From positions 28,653 to 92,652 of the forward strand of contig JAQWMB010000012.1 of NCBI GenBank assembly GCA_029246995.1: a stretch of 64,000 bases of DNA. Reading direction: 5' to 3'. The stretch comes from Dehalococcoidia bacterium (GTDB taxonomy: Bacteria; Chloroflexota; Dehalococcoidia; UBA2979). Shown piece after piece: positions 47,063-57,461 of the stretch. The first letter of the stretch is position 1. Each line of letters opens with the position of its first letter. The notes beneath the pieces are model-generated. The model saw only the letters and a list, made by a program, of their open reading frames with translations, made no database searches and was not told the origin of the DNA. The position numbers were made by a program, and so were the translations under genes.

Positions 47063-47827
47063 ATGTGTTTTGAATTAGATTCTTCACCCCCAATTTACAA
47101 GTTACAAGGCGCTTCTGTCAATTTTAAAGATGTCACGCTTACTTCATCTGATACTACAGAGTTTGCTGCATTTTATGCAGAGAGCGATAAACCTAAAGGA
47201 CCAGCGATTGTTATCTTACCGGATGTACGCGGCCTTTATAGATTTTATGAAGAATTAGCATTACGATTTGCAGAGCATGGCTATGATGCCATAGCAATAG
47301 ATTATTTTGGTAGAACCGCTGGCGTATCTAAAAGAGATGATGATTTTGAATTTATGCAACATGTTGAGCAAACAAAAGTCGAGCAAGTGACTAGTGATGT
47401 AAGTACAGCTATTAATTATTTAAAAAATCGAGATGATCATGAAAATCGTAGTATATTTACTCTTGGTTTTTGTTTTGGTGGCAGCTCGTCATGGTTGCAA
47501 GCTGCTGGTCAAGAATCACTCAGTGGTGCAATAGGATTTTATGGTCATCCTACTAGAGCAAATAGAGATCAAACACCAGGCCCTGTACATTTAGTCGAAA
47601 ATTTTAAATGTTCAATTTTGGCCTTAATGGGTGGAGCTGACCAGGGCATACCTATTGAAGAAATTAATAAATTTGAAAATGCATTAAATAATGCTAAGAT
47701 CAACAATGAAATTATTATTTATGATGGCGCTCCTCATTCATTTTTTGATAGAAAATTTAAAGAATTTCAAAATGAATCAGATGATTCTTGGAGTAGAGTC
47801 CTTGCTTTCATTGATAAGAATGCATAA
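47063..47827 (+). CDS. Dienelactone hydrolase family
   Basis: PDVRGL, GFCFGG nucleophile, GGADQ, YDGAPHSFFD. Confidence 0.92.
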   Translation: MCFELDSSPPIYKLQGASVNFKDVTLTSSDTTEFAAFYAESDKPKGPAIVILPDVRGLYRFYEELALRFAEHGYDAIAIDYFGRTAGVSKRDDDFEFMQHVEQTKVEQVTSDVSTAINYLKNRDDHENRSIFTLGFCFGGSSSWLQAAGQESLSGAIGFYGHPTRANRDQTPGPVHLVENFKCSILALMGGADQGIPIEEINKFENALNNAKINNEIIIYDGAPHSFFDRKFKEFQNESDDSWSRVLAFIDKNA

Positions 47828-47849
47828 TTGTTAAATTAGAATTGAGTCT

Positions 47850-48752
47850 ATGATGTTATTTAGTGCATGGCCTGCATCGGGAAATTGGTCAACCATGGTT
47901 AAAGAATGGGAGCATCTTGCTAGTCAAGGTTGGTCTGGACTTTGGTCAATGGATCATTTCATGACGACAACTGATTCACACAATCACCCTGTTACTGAAT
48001 CTATGACAGCTCTAGCTGCGTTAGGTGCTATGGTTCCAGATTTAAAAATTGGCACAATGGTAGCTGGCAATACATATCGTCATCCAGCAATTTTGGCAAA
48101 AATGGCTATTAATATTGACCTTATTACTAAAGGTAGATTTATTTTAGGTATTGGATGTGGGTGGCAAGAAATTGAACATCGTAGTTTTGGTATCAATTTT
48201 CCAAATGTTTCTGAGCGAGTAAGAATGCTGGATGAATCTGCTAGCATTTTAAGCAAACTATTAAAAGGTGAAGTAGTGAATTTTTCTGGGAAATATTATG
48301 AAATTGATAATGTTAAACTTAATCCTGGCTCAATTCAAAATCCAATACCGTTACTAATTGGTGGTGGAGGAGAGCAAGTAACTCTTAAAACTGTAGCTAA
48401 ATATGCAGATGCATGGAATATTTGGGCTAATCCAAAGTTATTTGAAAAAAAATCTAAAGTTTTGGAAAATTATTGTGATGCTGTAGGACGGGACAGTGCA
48501 AAAATTCATAAAACTGTTGCAATCAATATATTATTTTCTGATGATAAGAATTTTGTTAATCAAGAATCTAAAAATTCATGGTCTTTAATAGGCGGGAATG
48601 AAGATGAGATAACTCAAAAAATTGGAGATTTTCAAGATTTAGGAGTAGATGAAATTATTGTTGCTTCTTATGATAAATCTACTTACCAAAGCATAGGCAT
48701 GGAAGAAATGAATCATTTTTCCGAAAGTATTATTAAATTTTTTAATGGTTAG
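47850..48752 (+). CDS. LLM-class (probably F420-dependent) oxidoreductase
   Basis: W.MDHF, GTMV.GNTYRHPAILAK, GRFILGIG.GW, IGGGGE..TL..VAKYAD.WN. Confidence 0.9.
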   Translation: MMLFSAWPASGNWSTMVKEWEHLASQGWSGLWSMDHFMTTTDSHNHPVTESMTALAALGAMVPDLKIGTMVAGNTYRHPAILAKMAINIDLITKGRFILGIGCGWQEIEHRSFGINFPNVSERVRMLDESASILSKLLKGEVVNFSGKYYEIDNVKLNPGSIQNPIPLLIGGGGEQVTLKTVAKYADAWNIWANPKLFEKKSKVLENYCDAVGRDSAKIHKTVAINILFSDDKNFVNQESKNSWSLIGGNEDEITQKIGDFQDLGVDEIIVASYDKSTYQSIGMEEMNHFSESIIKFFNG

Positions 48753-50023
48753 TTCTTTTTTGAACATAATTTTTCTGTAATTTTGTACATTATTTTACAT
48801 CCATTAATAAAATTTTCTTTTGTGATATATTCATCATGATTATGGAATCCAGATCTTTCTTCCAATGAAAAAATAGATGGTATGAAACCATAGGCATTAA
48901 TCCCAATATTACGTAAAAAGCGGTTATCAGTGCCATAAGCTGAAGTTAAAGGGATAGTGATATTATTGGGATAGTCATTGTTAAGCACTTCTTTAATAAC
49001 ATGAATCAACTCAGTGTCCCATTCACATTCCAATATAAGATTATCTTCATTCGTTGAAAGATTTTCAAATAAAATTGCATCATCATTTACTAAATTCTTT
49101 ATAGTGTGTATAAATTCATTGCTGTCAATATAATTCGGTAACCTGCAATCTAATATTGCTTCTGCTTTAGCAGGAATTACATTATGCTTATTGCCCGCAT
49201 TTAGTCTTGTGATATTTAAAGTCGATTGATTCATTGCCACTAGTTCAGGATCGATCACTTCATTCATTATATTATTTAAGTCATCATCTTTACTTTGAAA
49301 ATTTTCATTATAGTTTTCTTGATGCCATGCGATTATTTTATTTAAAGCGTTTGTGATTTTGGCTGTAGCATTTGTTCCATGTGGCTGACTACCATGTCCA
49401 GGTATACCAAATGCAGTTATTTTTATCCAACAAATTTTTTTCTCTCTATATCCAATTCCAAATAAAGGCTGATTATTTATTCTAATATCACTAAAACCAT
49501 AACCGCCCTCATTTAATGAATATTCAATATCCAGTAATTCAGGATGATTGTCTACTAACCAAGACATACCATACTTTGAACCAATTTCTTCATCAGGCAC
49601 AATACAAAAAATTAAGTCTCTGTTTAATCTAACTTTATGCCTCTTAATGAGTATGAATGCAATGAATTGCATAATAGTACAACTTTTCATATCTATTGCA
49701 CCTCTGCCATAAATTTTATCCTTGATCATTTCTCCACCAAAAGGATTTTTGGTCCATTTTTCTTTTTCAACTGGCACAACATCTGAATGACTGCACAACA
49801 TAAGACCTTTATTTGAATCATTGCCTGTGATTTTTGCATAGAGTATATTTCTATTGGGCGCAGTAGTGAATGTCTGAAATTCTATTTTTTCTTTAAGTAA
49901 TAAATTTATAAAAAAATCAGTAGCAAGTTTTTCATTACCTGGTGGATTTGAAGTATCAATCGCAAGATATTCTTGAAATATGCTTATAGCTTCTCGATTA
50001 ATGTTATTCCAGTTTATGACCAT
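48749..50023 (-). CDS. M20/M25/M40 metallo-hydrolase (ArgE/DapE/ACY1-like)
   Basis: SHSDVVP, YGRGAIDMK, PDEEIG, NEGG, GHGS.P, GTD.RF, H..DE. Confidence 0.92.
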   Translation of the reverse strand: MVINWNNINREAISIFQEYLAIDTSNPPGNEKLATDFFINLLLKEKIEFQTFTTAPNRNILYAKITGNDSNKGLMLCSHSDVVPVEKEKWTKNPFGGEMIKDKIYGRGAIDMKSCTIMQFIAFILIKRHKVRLNRDLIFCIVPDEEIGSKYGMSWLVDNHPELLDIEYSLNEGGYGFSDIRINNQPLFGIGYREKKICWIKITAFGIPGHGSQPHGTNATAKITNALNKIIAWHQENYNENFQSKDDDLNNIMNEVIDPELVAMNQSTLNITRLNAGNKHNVIPAKAEAILDCRLPNYIDSNEFIHTIKNLVNDDAILFENLSTNEDNLILECEWDTELIHVIKEVLNNDYPNNITIPLTSAYGTDNRFLRNIGINAYGFIPSIFSLEERSGFHNHDEYITKENFINGCKIMYKITEKLCSKKN

Positions 50024-50090
50024 AAATTAATTATACAATAAATCCTTCAAGGATGTTTCATGTAAGGATTATCGATGCGAATATGAACAA

Positions 50091-50477
50091 ATGATTATTG
50101 CAAATATTAAAAAAATTTGCTGGATTGGACTTGGAGTAATATGCGTTGCTCTCGGTGCTGTAGGAATTTTTGTTCCTGGTCTCCCTACGACTGTCTTCAT
50201 TTTAATTGCATTATGGTCATTTGCTAAATCTTCACCTAGGCTATATAACTGGCTCATTAATAATAAATACGTAGCTGCTGGAGCAAAAAAATATCTTGAA
50301 ACAGGTAAAATGACTAAAAAAACAAAATACATAATTATTTCTTGTATTACTTTTTTTACCTCGATTGCTGTTTTTATATTTTTATCAGGATTAATGCTGT
50401 TTATAAGAGGCATCATTTTAATTTTAGGCATTATTGGAATTATATATATTCTACATATACCAGTTTTAAGAAAATAA
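50091..50477 (+). CDS. YbaN/DUF454 membrane protein
   Basis: LG.VGIFVPGLPTTVF.L.A...FAKSSPRL..WL. Confidence 0.92.
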   Translation: MIIANIKKICWIGLGVICVALGAVGIFVPGLPTTVFILIALWSFAKSSPRLYNWLINNKYVAAGAKKYLETGKMTKKTKYIIISCITFFTSIAVFIFLSGLMLFIRGIILILGIIGIIYILHIPVLRK

Positions 50478-50504
50478 TATATTTTGATATAGCATATAGG
50501 AAAA

Positions 50505-50580
50505 TGGTACGCTCGGAAGGATTCGAACCTTCGACCTGCGGATTAGAAGTCCGCTGCTCTATCCACTGAGCTACGAGCGC
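50505..50580 (-). tRNA. tRNA-Arg(UCU)
   Basis: Reverse complement GCGCTCGTAGCTCAGTGGATAGAGCAGCGGA-CTTCTAA-TCCGCAGGTCGAAGGTTCGAATCCTTCCGAGCGTACCA. Confidence 0.97.
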
Positions 50581-50745
50581 ATGTCTATATTCATAATTAA
50601 TAAGCTATATGAATATATAATAATTTAACTTTTTTTATGCTTTGCGTCACTGCAATGTTACAAAATCATTAAAGTTTCAACATAGAGTATTTTTTATTGC
50701 TATGGTACATTATTTGAAATAGTAATTAAATTATAGGAAAATTCA

Positions 50746-52281
50746 GTGAACCCAAATAAACCTTTACGCGTTGCAGTTAAAACTACACCAACAATTTTTG
50801 ATGTTGAACAACCAGGAGGCTTTGGAGATGATCTAGGTTCTGATTTATTTGGTAGTTTCTATGACCAACTTGTTGGTCCAAAAACATTTTTTGATGTAAA
50901 AAATTATTCACGATACGATTGGCATAATTTAAATAATATTTTATCCGATAAATGGTGGTTTTCTGAGGATAAATTATCATGTTATTTCCAGATTAGGAAA
51001 AATGTTTTTAGCAAAGATGGCAATGAATTAACCGCCGAGTCAGTATTGTGGGGATGGGAAAGAGCTTTTGGTCTAAGAGATGTAGGTAAATGGGTTGCAA
51101 GACTTGGTTCAGTTCAGGAATTTGAAAATATAGAAATAGTAGATAAGTATTTAATAAAATTTAACCTTACGCATCCTAATCCAGCATTACCACGTTTAAT
51201 GTGTCAAAATGCACCTTCTGTTTATGATATTGAAGCACTTAAAGGTAAGCTGAATGATGATGATCCATGGGGCACATCAATCATTGGAGCTGAATCATTT
51301 GGCTTTGGCCCCTATGTATTAAATGGAGTATCTGAAGATTCAGTTTCAATTAAAGCTCATGAAAATTATTGGAAACATGATGTTAATATAAAAAATATTG
51401 AAATGACTCGCATCGATAATCATGATGATGCAATTGATGCATTAATTAATGGTAAATTTGATATTATGCCTGGTGTTTTAGATAGTGATTTAAAGAAAAT
51501 TTCAACCAATAATAATTTGACTGTCAACATGAATGCTATGCATGCTGGTATGTTTCTGCACCTTGATCCAGAGTTTGCTCCCTTGGATGATATTAAGGTT
51601 CGGCAAGCATTAGCACATGCAATTCCAGTTAATGAAATAATTAATGAAATTTATAATAATCAAGTTGAGCGCTGGCATAGTTTTGTAAAACTAGAGAGCC
51701 CTGGTTATGATCATTCAACTTGGCCATATGAATATAATATCGATAAAGCAATTAAGTTATTAAGTGAATCCTCTGCACCTGATGGATTTGAATCAGATTT
51801 CTATGTATTTCCAGGAGATGGTTTTGTTGAATCAGCAGGCATTATCGTTGATGCACTAAGTAAAATTGGCATTAAGTTAAATATTTTAGCTAGCGATGAT
51901 GTTACAGATAGAAATAGACAAATGAGAGAAAATGGTCACGTTGCCCCTATTATGATGCGTGGTAGCACTGATGGCAGAGGCATGAGAGTTGCTGAACCAA
52001 TGTATGCATTTTATCATGATTTTGGTCCTGGTAGGATGCGGTTATTTCCTTTCAGATATAATAATGAGGAATTTTTTACTGAATTAAAAAAATTACCTGC
52101 GGTAGGCCATGGTAAAAATTGGGAAAATCATGTCAAGAAATTACAAATTATTCATAACAATGATGCTGTCATGATTCCGATTTGTAATCAAATTTATAAA
52201 ATTGCCCATGTGATTGATTTAGAAGGATGTCGACATCTTCCAGACAATAGATTGCCTTTTGGAGATATGCATTGGAGATAA
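50746..52281 (+). CDS. SBP family 5 (peptide/nickel-binding fold) protein without signal peptide
   Basis: W..S.D...F.IR.NV...DG.ELTA.V, GFGPY.L, DD.KVRQALAHAI, YEYNIDKA..LL. Confidence 0.85.
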   Translation: MNPNKPLRVAVKTTPTIFDVEQPGGFGDDLGSDLFGSFYDQLVGPKTFFDVKNYSRYDWHNLNNILSDKWWFSEDKLSCYFQIRKNVFSKDGNELTAESVLWGWERAFGLRDVGKWVARLGSVQEFENIEIVDKYLIKFNLTHPNPALPRLMCQNAPSVYDIEALKGKLNDDDPWGTSIIGAESFGFGPYVLNGVSEDSVSIKAHENYWKHDVNIKNIEMTRIDNHDDAIDALINGKFDIMPGVLDSDLKKISTNNNLTVNMNAMHAGMFLHLDPEFAPLDDIKVRQALAHAIPVNEIINEIYNNQVERWHSFVKLESPGYDHSTWPYEYNIDKAIKLLSESSAPDGFESDFYVFPGDGFVESAGIIVDALSKIGIKLNILASDDVTDRNRQMRENGHVAPIMMRGSTDGRGMRVAEPMYAFYHDFGPGRMRLFPFRYNNEEFFTELKKLPAVGHGKNWENHVKKLQIIHNNDAVMIPICNQIYKIAHVIDLEGCRHLPDNRLPFGDMHWR

Positions 52282-52288
52282 GCATGTT

Positions 52289-53083
52289 CTATCCCTCTTT
52301 GATTTCCAATTCATGTCGATAAATTTTAGTCCAATATGGTTCAACAAATTTTTCTACAAATAGCTTATGAGCAGAGCTATTTCTATATTTATCAAGTGCT
52401 TGTCTGTTTTTAAATTCAACAATGAGTCCAAAGCGAGGAGCATCGCTAATTTTTTCATAAGGTAATGGACCAGTCCCTCTAGGTACATATTTATCTTTGT
52501 GAACAATTGACTCGCCACCATCTGTGCCTAGGAATTTTCTACCAAATGATAAATATCCAATATCTGGCATATTAGATTTAAATTTCTTTAATGATCTAAA
52601 CATGCTGTCTACTTCTTTTTCAGGTACTTTTTCATCCATATCCCATAAAACCATATGTAAAATAGATCCAGCTCCAAAAGCACTATTTTTAGTAAATTGG
52701 AATGCCGACTCATGTAAAAAATCAGTTGCTAAATACTTTGACCACATTGTTGCACAAACTTGCCAAGCAAATCCAGGTTTTGGATGTGTTGCTTGCGGGT
52801 TGTCATGCGCTTCAGAAGTTACATAACTACGATAAGCATCCTCATCTTCAAAATCCATTATAAAAAATGATTGGTAAGGTGCAGCAATTTTTTCAAAGCC
52901 GTTATTTTTTTTAAGGAATGTGCCACTTTGTGATTCTTGTTTATTTTCTTCAGCTAATAAATATCCATATGATAATTTTTTCATATGTTGTAAATTTTCT
53001 TTTTGCATTCTTTTCATGCCTAATTCAATAAATATTCGATCCGCATCTTCTGTTTCATTCCAAAGCAAGATATGAAAAAACAT
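52289..53083 (-). CDS. Tandem Dabb (dimeric alpha-beta barrel) protein
   Basis: Two repeats of H..LW...F.D/N.....Y..S.AH. Confidence 0.7.
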   Translation of the reverse strand: MFFHILLWNETEDADRIFIELGMKRMQKENLQHMKKLSYGYLLAEENKQESQSGTFLKKNNGFEKIAAPYQSFFIMDFEDEDAYRSYVTSEAHDNPQATHPKPGFAWQVCATMWSKYLATDFLHESAFQFTKNSAFGAGSILHMVLWDMDEKVPEKEVDSMFRSLKKFKSNMPDIGYLSFGRKFLGTDGGESIVHKDKYVPRGTGPLPYEKISDAPRFGLIVEFKNRQALDKYRNSSAHKLFVEKFVEPYWTKIYRHELEIKEG

Positions 53084-53097
53084 AACTTATCCCTTCG

Positions 53098-53460
53098 CTA
53101 AACTTTTCTTCCAGGAGGCACGTATTCTTCCAAAAATTGCCCGGTAAAATCATCGATATCTAATTTGCTAAGACTGTTTAATTCGAATAGCTGCACGTTA
53201 ATAGAATTGATCATGCTATATGCTTCCTCTTTAAGTTGATTTTTCCATTCATCACTTTCGAAAAATGCTTTATATTGTAATGCTTGTTCCTTTTTATCTT
53301 GAAAAATCCTGATCCAAATGAAATCATTATTTTCAAATTTGTGATCTATTATATGCATATTAAGTTGTTTCATTATTGGCATTGATTTCTCTTCAAACCA
53401 TTTTAAAAAATTATCTTTTTCATTCTCCTTTATATTGTAAGTTCTGAATTCAATTAACAT
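53098..53460 (-). CDS. NIPSNAP family protein
   Basis: EFRTY.I, FIWIR.F, AFFESDEWK. Confidence 0.8.
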   Translation of the reverse strand: MLIEFRTYNIKENEKDNFLKWFEEKSMPIMKQLNMHIIDHKFENNDFIWIRIFQDKKEQALQYKAFFESDEWKNQLKEEAYSMINSINVQLFELNSLSKLDIDDFTGQFLEEYVPPGRKV

Positions 53461-53481
53461 TTTTTTAACTCCTAAAATAAT

Positions 53482-54312
53482 TTATGAAATAAATTCTACT
53501 ATTGATTCCATCCAGTTTTTAGGATCTTGATCAGTTGTGAACATTCCTTGTGCTCTTTGCTTATTTGTCGAAAGCGTTATTAGTTTACTTGATGGTAATG
53601 ATGAATGGATTGCTTCACCAATATTTAGTAATTTACTTTGGGTACCATATATGAGTAAGGTTGGAATAGTAATTTTTGCACTATTTTTAATTGAATCGTA
53701 ATAACATAGTGCATAAGGACCAGCACCTTCCCATCCCATATTGCCATAAACCTCACAATTTTCTGCTGAGTTTACTAATAATGTATCAATAAATTTTTGA
53801 GTAACCATTTTGATGTTTGCATTTTTAGTATTGCCACCGGATTTATTCCATAGTTTTAAGAGGTGGCTGCCATCTGATTGGCTTGGATAATAACTATGTA
53901 TACGTTGTTGTAATTGGATTCCAGCATCGTTTGCATAATTACCAACTTCATCTAAGATAAGATGCTTAATGCGATCCTGATTTTGTAAGGCAACTTCAAT
54001 AGAAATAATACCTCCAGTATGAGTTCCAAAAAGATCAAAGGTTTCTAATTCTAAACCATCAATAAACCATTGAACTGATTGTGCAAATTCTTTAACAGAT
54101 GTATATGGTTTTTTTGGTTTTGAAGATTCACCATAACCCATAGTAGTCATAGCAATTAGGCGATAACCGGATGGGAAAAAACGAAAATATTCTGCGTAGT
54201 ATGCTGAGGACACCGGAGTAGCATGCATAAATAGGAGAGGCTTGCCTTCCCCAGCTTCCCTATATTCAATTTGACCATCAGGAGTATTAACAAATCCTCT
54301 TTTAACCTGCAT
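53482..54312 (-). CDS. Alpha/beta-hydrolase-fold protein (non-Ser elbow)
   Basis: GQI.YRE.G.G.PLLFMH, GYGES, FGTHTGG, I.IPTLLIYG. Confidence 0.8.
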   Translation of the reverse strand: MQVKRGFVNTPDGQIEYREAGEGKPLLFMHATPVSSAYYAEYFRFFPSGYRLIAMTTMGYGESSKPKKPYTSVKEFAQSVQWFIDGLELETFDLFGTHTGGIISIEVALQNQDRIKHLILDEVGNYANDAGIQLQQRIHSYYPSQSDGSHLLKLWNKSGGNTKNANIKMVTQKFIDTLLVNSAENCEVYGNMGWEGAGPYALCYYDSIKNSAKITIPTLLIYGTQSKLLNIGEAIHSSLPSSKLITLSTNKQRAQGMFTTDQDPKNWMESIVEFIS

Positions 54313-54337
54313 ATCACTTCTTTCTATATAATATTCA

Positions 54338-55513
54338 TTATATCAGAAATTTATTGTCAGGATGTTGTAATGCATGCTCTGCAATAGTTTCTAATGCTCT
54401 CGCTTCAATTGGTGGATTAATAAGGCCAGAACGTGCATCACGAAAAAAACGCTCGAATTGATTTTCTTTTTCTAAGCCAATTCCACCAACTAATCTCATT
54501 ACCGAATCTGTTATATAAACAGCTGCTTCTGTCGATTCTCTCTTAGCAGCTATAACATATGGTATTAACTCATCTTTATCATTATTTGAATCCCATGCTT
54601 CAGATACACTAACTAAAAAATTCATACTTATCATTATTCTAGAGTCAATTCTTCCTAATTCATGCTTAATAAACGGAATTGTTGATACTGGCTTTTTGTA
54701 GCCAGTTGGTTGTCGACTATTCAAATATTTAATTAGCTGGTCCCTAGCTTCGATTGCAATGCCGAGACTAGTTGCACCGATAATTAATGGGAACCAAGCA
54801 TTAAATGGTAATTTTGCATGTCTTTTGGATTGTCCGTGTTCATAAAGTATATCTGATTTTTTAATTGGAACATTATTAAAAATGATTTCATGAGATTCGG
54901 TAGAACGCATTCCAAGTCCATTCCATTGTTTATTAATTTGTATTTTTTCATTATGCTTATTAACTAGCACCCTACAAAGTCGACGTGATTCATTATTATA
55001 GGCATATACGATCAGATGATCGAGACCCGTTGAAATTGTAGCCCAATTCTTTTTCCCTTTTAACCTTAGTAGTTTATTTTTATCTCTAAAAATTTTTGTT
55101 TGCGGTATTCCTCCACTTTTAGGAGATCCTAATTCTGCTTCGGAGGCTATATTATTAATAAGTGTAGTATTAGAGATAATATCTTTGAATATGGATTCTC
55201 TCTTTTGTTTGGGCCATAAATGATTTTCTGATTCAAATCCACAAACTATCGTGTGCATGCCAATTCCTAGTGCAGTTGATGCGTCACCTTGAGCAATTTT
55301 GATCTGTGATTTTATAATTGAAGGCAAGCTAATTTCTAGGCCTCCCATAATTTTTGGGATTGCAATTTTTAAGTAATTATTCTCTTTTATTAAATCAAAA
55401 TTTTTTGTTTGGAATTGTGGATTTTCATCATAGTACATTACTCGCTTTTTCAAATCAGTTGAAATGAGTTCAGCAATTTTTTCTATGTTGAAACTGTTAG
55501 TATTTTTTTTCAA
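54338..55513 (-). CDS. Acyl-CoA dehydrogenase-fold flavoprotein (YdbM/DszC-like)
   Basis: IP..MGG, DASTALGIGMH, G.K.WAT, W.GLGMRSTESH, ERFFRDARSG. Confidence 0.85.
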   Translation of the reverse strand: MKKNTNSFNIEKIAELISTDLKKRVMYYDENPQFQTKNFDLIKENNYLKIAIPKIMGGLEISLPSIIKSQIKIAQGDASTALGIGMHTIVCGFESENHLWPKQKRESIFKDIISNTTLINNIASEAELGSPKSGGIPQTKIFRDKNKLLRLKGKKNWATISTGLDHLIVYAYNNESRRLCRVLVNKHNEKIQINKQWNGLGMRSTESHEIIFNNVPIKKSDILYEHGQSKRHAKLPFNAWFPLIIGATSLGIAIEARDQLIKYLNSRQPTGYKKPVSTIPFIKHELGRIDSRIMISMNFLVSVSEAWDSNNDKDELIPYVIAAKRESTEAAVYITDSVMRLVGGIGLEKENQFERFFRDARSGLINPPIEARALETIAEHALQHPDNKFLI

Positions 55514-55639
55514 AGTTTTTATTTTCCTTTAAGATATCTTATTTATTTGCTAAATCGATTATGACATAATTCATAGTATGCTGATAATAAACTGATAATA
55601 AATTAGTTTGAATATATTAAAGGAAAATGGAAATAATTC

Positions 55640-57460
55640 ATGGAACATTCAATTTTTATTGCAATCATTGTTATTGGTTTCTCTTTAGCATTAGTTGATG
55701 TTTTTTTGAAAAAAACAGGTTTGCCTGTAATTATTTTTTATCTTGCAATTGGTTTGTTTGTTGGTGTATCTGGAATAAATATTCTTAATTCAGAAGAATT
55801 AGGAGAAATATATTATTTACTTGTTGAACTCCTAGTTGCATTAATTGTTTTTGAAGGTGCTTTTGCGATTGATATTCCTTCATTAAAAAGAGTCGGTAGA
55901 GTTATTAGAAATCTAATTTCTATAGGCTTATTGCTTACTTTTATATTTTCATTTTCAATAGTATATTTTATGGATATATTAGAATGGCAGTCAGCTTTAG
56001 TTTTTGGTTCGCTGGTAACAGTTTCTGGTCCTACAGTAATTGGCCCATTAATTCGCAGAGCATCATTAAACGATAAAATCAAGACAGTTTTACTTGGCGA
56101 GTCTATATTAATTGATCCAGTCGGTGCAATTTTTGCAATTTTTGTCCTTGAATTTGTTCTTTCAGGACTGAGCCCTGATCCAGTTTTTTCAATGTTTTCT
56201 AGAATTATAATTGGAGGATTGATTGGTGTTTGCGCAAGTTTTATTTTATGGTGTTGTCTTAAAATTAGTAAAAATTTTTCAAAAGATGAAGTTTTATTGT
56301 TATTCATTGGATCGGCCATTGCTACATTTTCACTAGCTGAAGTGCTCAGTGATGGTGCTGGGCTAATGAGCGTTGCTTTCTTGGGAGTATCTCTAGCTGG
56401 AATGGAAGTACCAACTCGAGATGCAGTAAAAAACACTCAGGATTTATTTGTAAGGATTGCCATTGCTAGCGTTTTTATATTAGCAAGTGCAGTTGTTGAT
56501 TTACAAGTTGTTACTGATTTATGGCCGAGTGGCTTTATAGCAATTGCTTTAATTATTTTTCTTATTCGCCCAGTTGTAGTATTTATATCTACGTATAGTT
56601 CAAGTTTATCAATCAGAGAAAAATTATTTATTTCTTTTGTTTCACCAAGGGGCGTTGTTGCTGCTGCATTAGCTGCATTTGCAGGTGAAAAATTAGGTGG
56701 GGATGATGGTACAATTGTTGTTGCTCTGGTATTCTTAGTCATTGTTATTACTGTTGTATTGCAATTTGCTTATGCAAGTTTACTAGCAAGATTGTTAGGA
56801 GTCGAATCTATGAAGGCTTTAATTTCTGGTCAAGGACCAATTGCTAAAAAAATATCTGATCAACTATCTTCAAATGGATATGTTGTAAGTGTGATTTTAT
56901 CAAATGAAGACAAAGATTATTTTCCCCATGATACTGAAAAAGTTAAAACTATTATTGGTTCTCCTACTGATGAAAAATTGATCCAGTCTATAAATTTACG
57001 TGATATGGAGATTGTAGCTGGCATAACAAATAATGATGAAAGTAATTTATTATTTATACAGCTAGTTAAATCAATAAAGTCTGATATTCAGAGTTATGCA
57101 CTTGTTAATCATTTAGATTCTATTAAGGCATTTGAATCATCTGGTATTAAAGCTATTAGAAATGTTGATGCAACTGCAGGTGCATTATTAGAGTTAATGG
57201 GTAACCCAACACTACATACCGCAGTTTCTGGAGGAGAAAATCGTTTGGTTTTAGAAGTCCAAATTGGTTCTGTAATGAATGGTAAAAAAGTTAAAGACTT
57301 ATCTTTACCCAGTGGCACTTTAGTTATTTTAATATACAGAAAAGACGATGAAGTTGTTCCAAGAGGAGATACAGTATTACAAAATGGAGATCGTTTATTG
57401 CTCTTTGGTCGTTCATCAAATGTTAATCTTGCAAGAGATATGTTATTACAATTAAATTAG
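55640..57460 (+). CDS. CPA1 cation:proton antiporter with TrkA-N and TrkA-C (RCK) domains
   Basis: VSGPTVIGPL, GESILIDPVGA, PRGVVAAA; C-terminal RCK VVPRGDTVLQ.GD. Confidence 0.9.
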   Translation: MEHSIFIAIIVIGFSLALVDVFLKKTGLPVIIFYLAIGLFVGVSGINILNSEELGEIYYLLVELLVALIVFEGAFAIDIPSLKRVGRVIRNLISIGLLLTFIFSFSIVYFMDILEWQSALVFGSLVTVSGPTVIGPLIRRASLNDKIKTVLLGESILIDPVGAIFAIFVLEFVLSGLSPDPVFSMFSRIIIGGLIGVCASFILWCCLKISKNFSKDEVLLLFIGSAIATFSLAEVLSDGAGLMSVAFLGVSLAGMEVPTRDAVKNTQDLFVRIAIASVFILASAVVDLQVVTDLWPSGFIAIALIIFLIRPVVVFISTYSSSLSIREKLFISFVSPRGVVAAALAAFAGEKLGGDDGTIVVALVFLVIVITVVLQFAYASLLARLLGVESMKALISGQGPIAKKISDQLSSNGYVVSVILSNEDKDYFPHDTEKVKTIIGSPTDEKLIQSINLRDMEIVAGITNNDESNLLFIQLVKSIKSDIQSYALVNHLDSIKAFESSGIKAIRNVDATAGALLELMGNPTLHTAVSGGENRLVLEVQIGSVMNGKKVKDLSLPSGTLVILIYRKDDEVVPRGDTVLQNGDRLLLFGRSSNVNLARDMLLQLN

Positions 57461-57461
57461 G

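Noticed and set aside
50505-55513. Genomic island at tRNA-Arg(UCU)
   Set aside because: No duplicated tRNA fragment, integrase or end repeats seen in the window.
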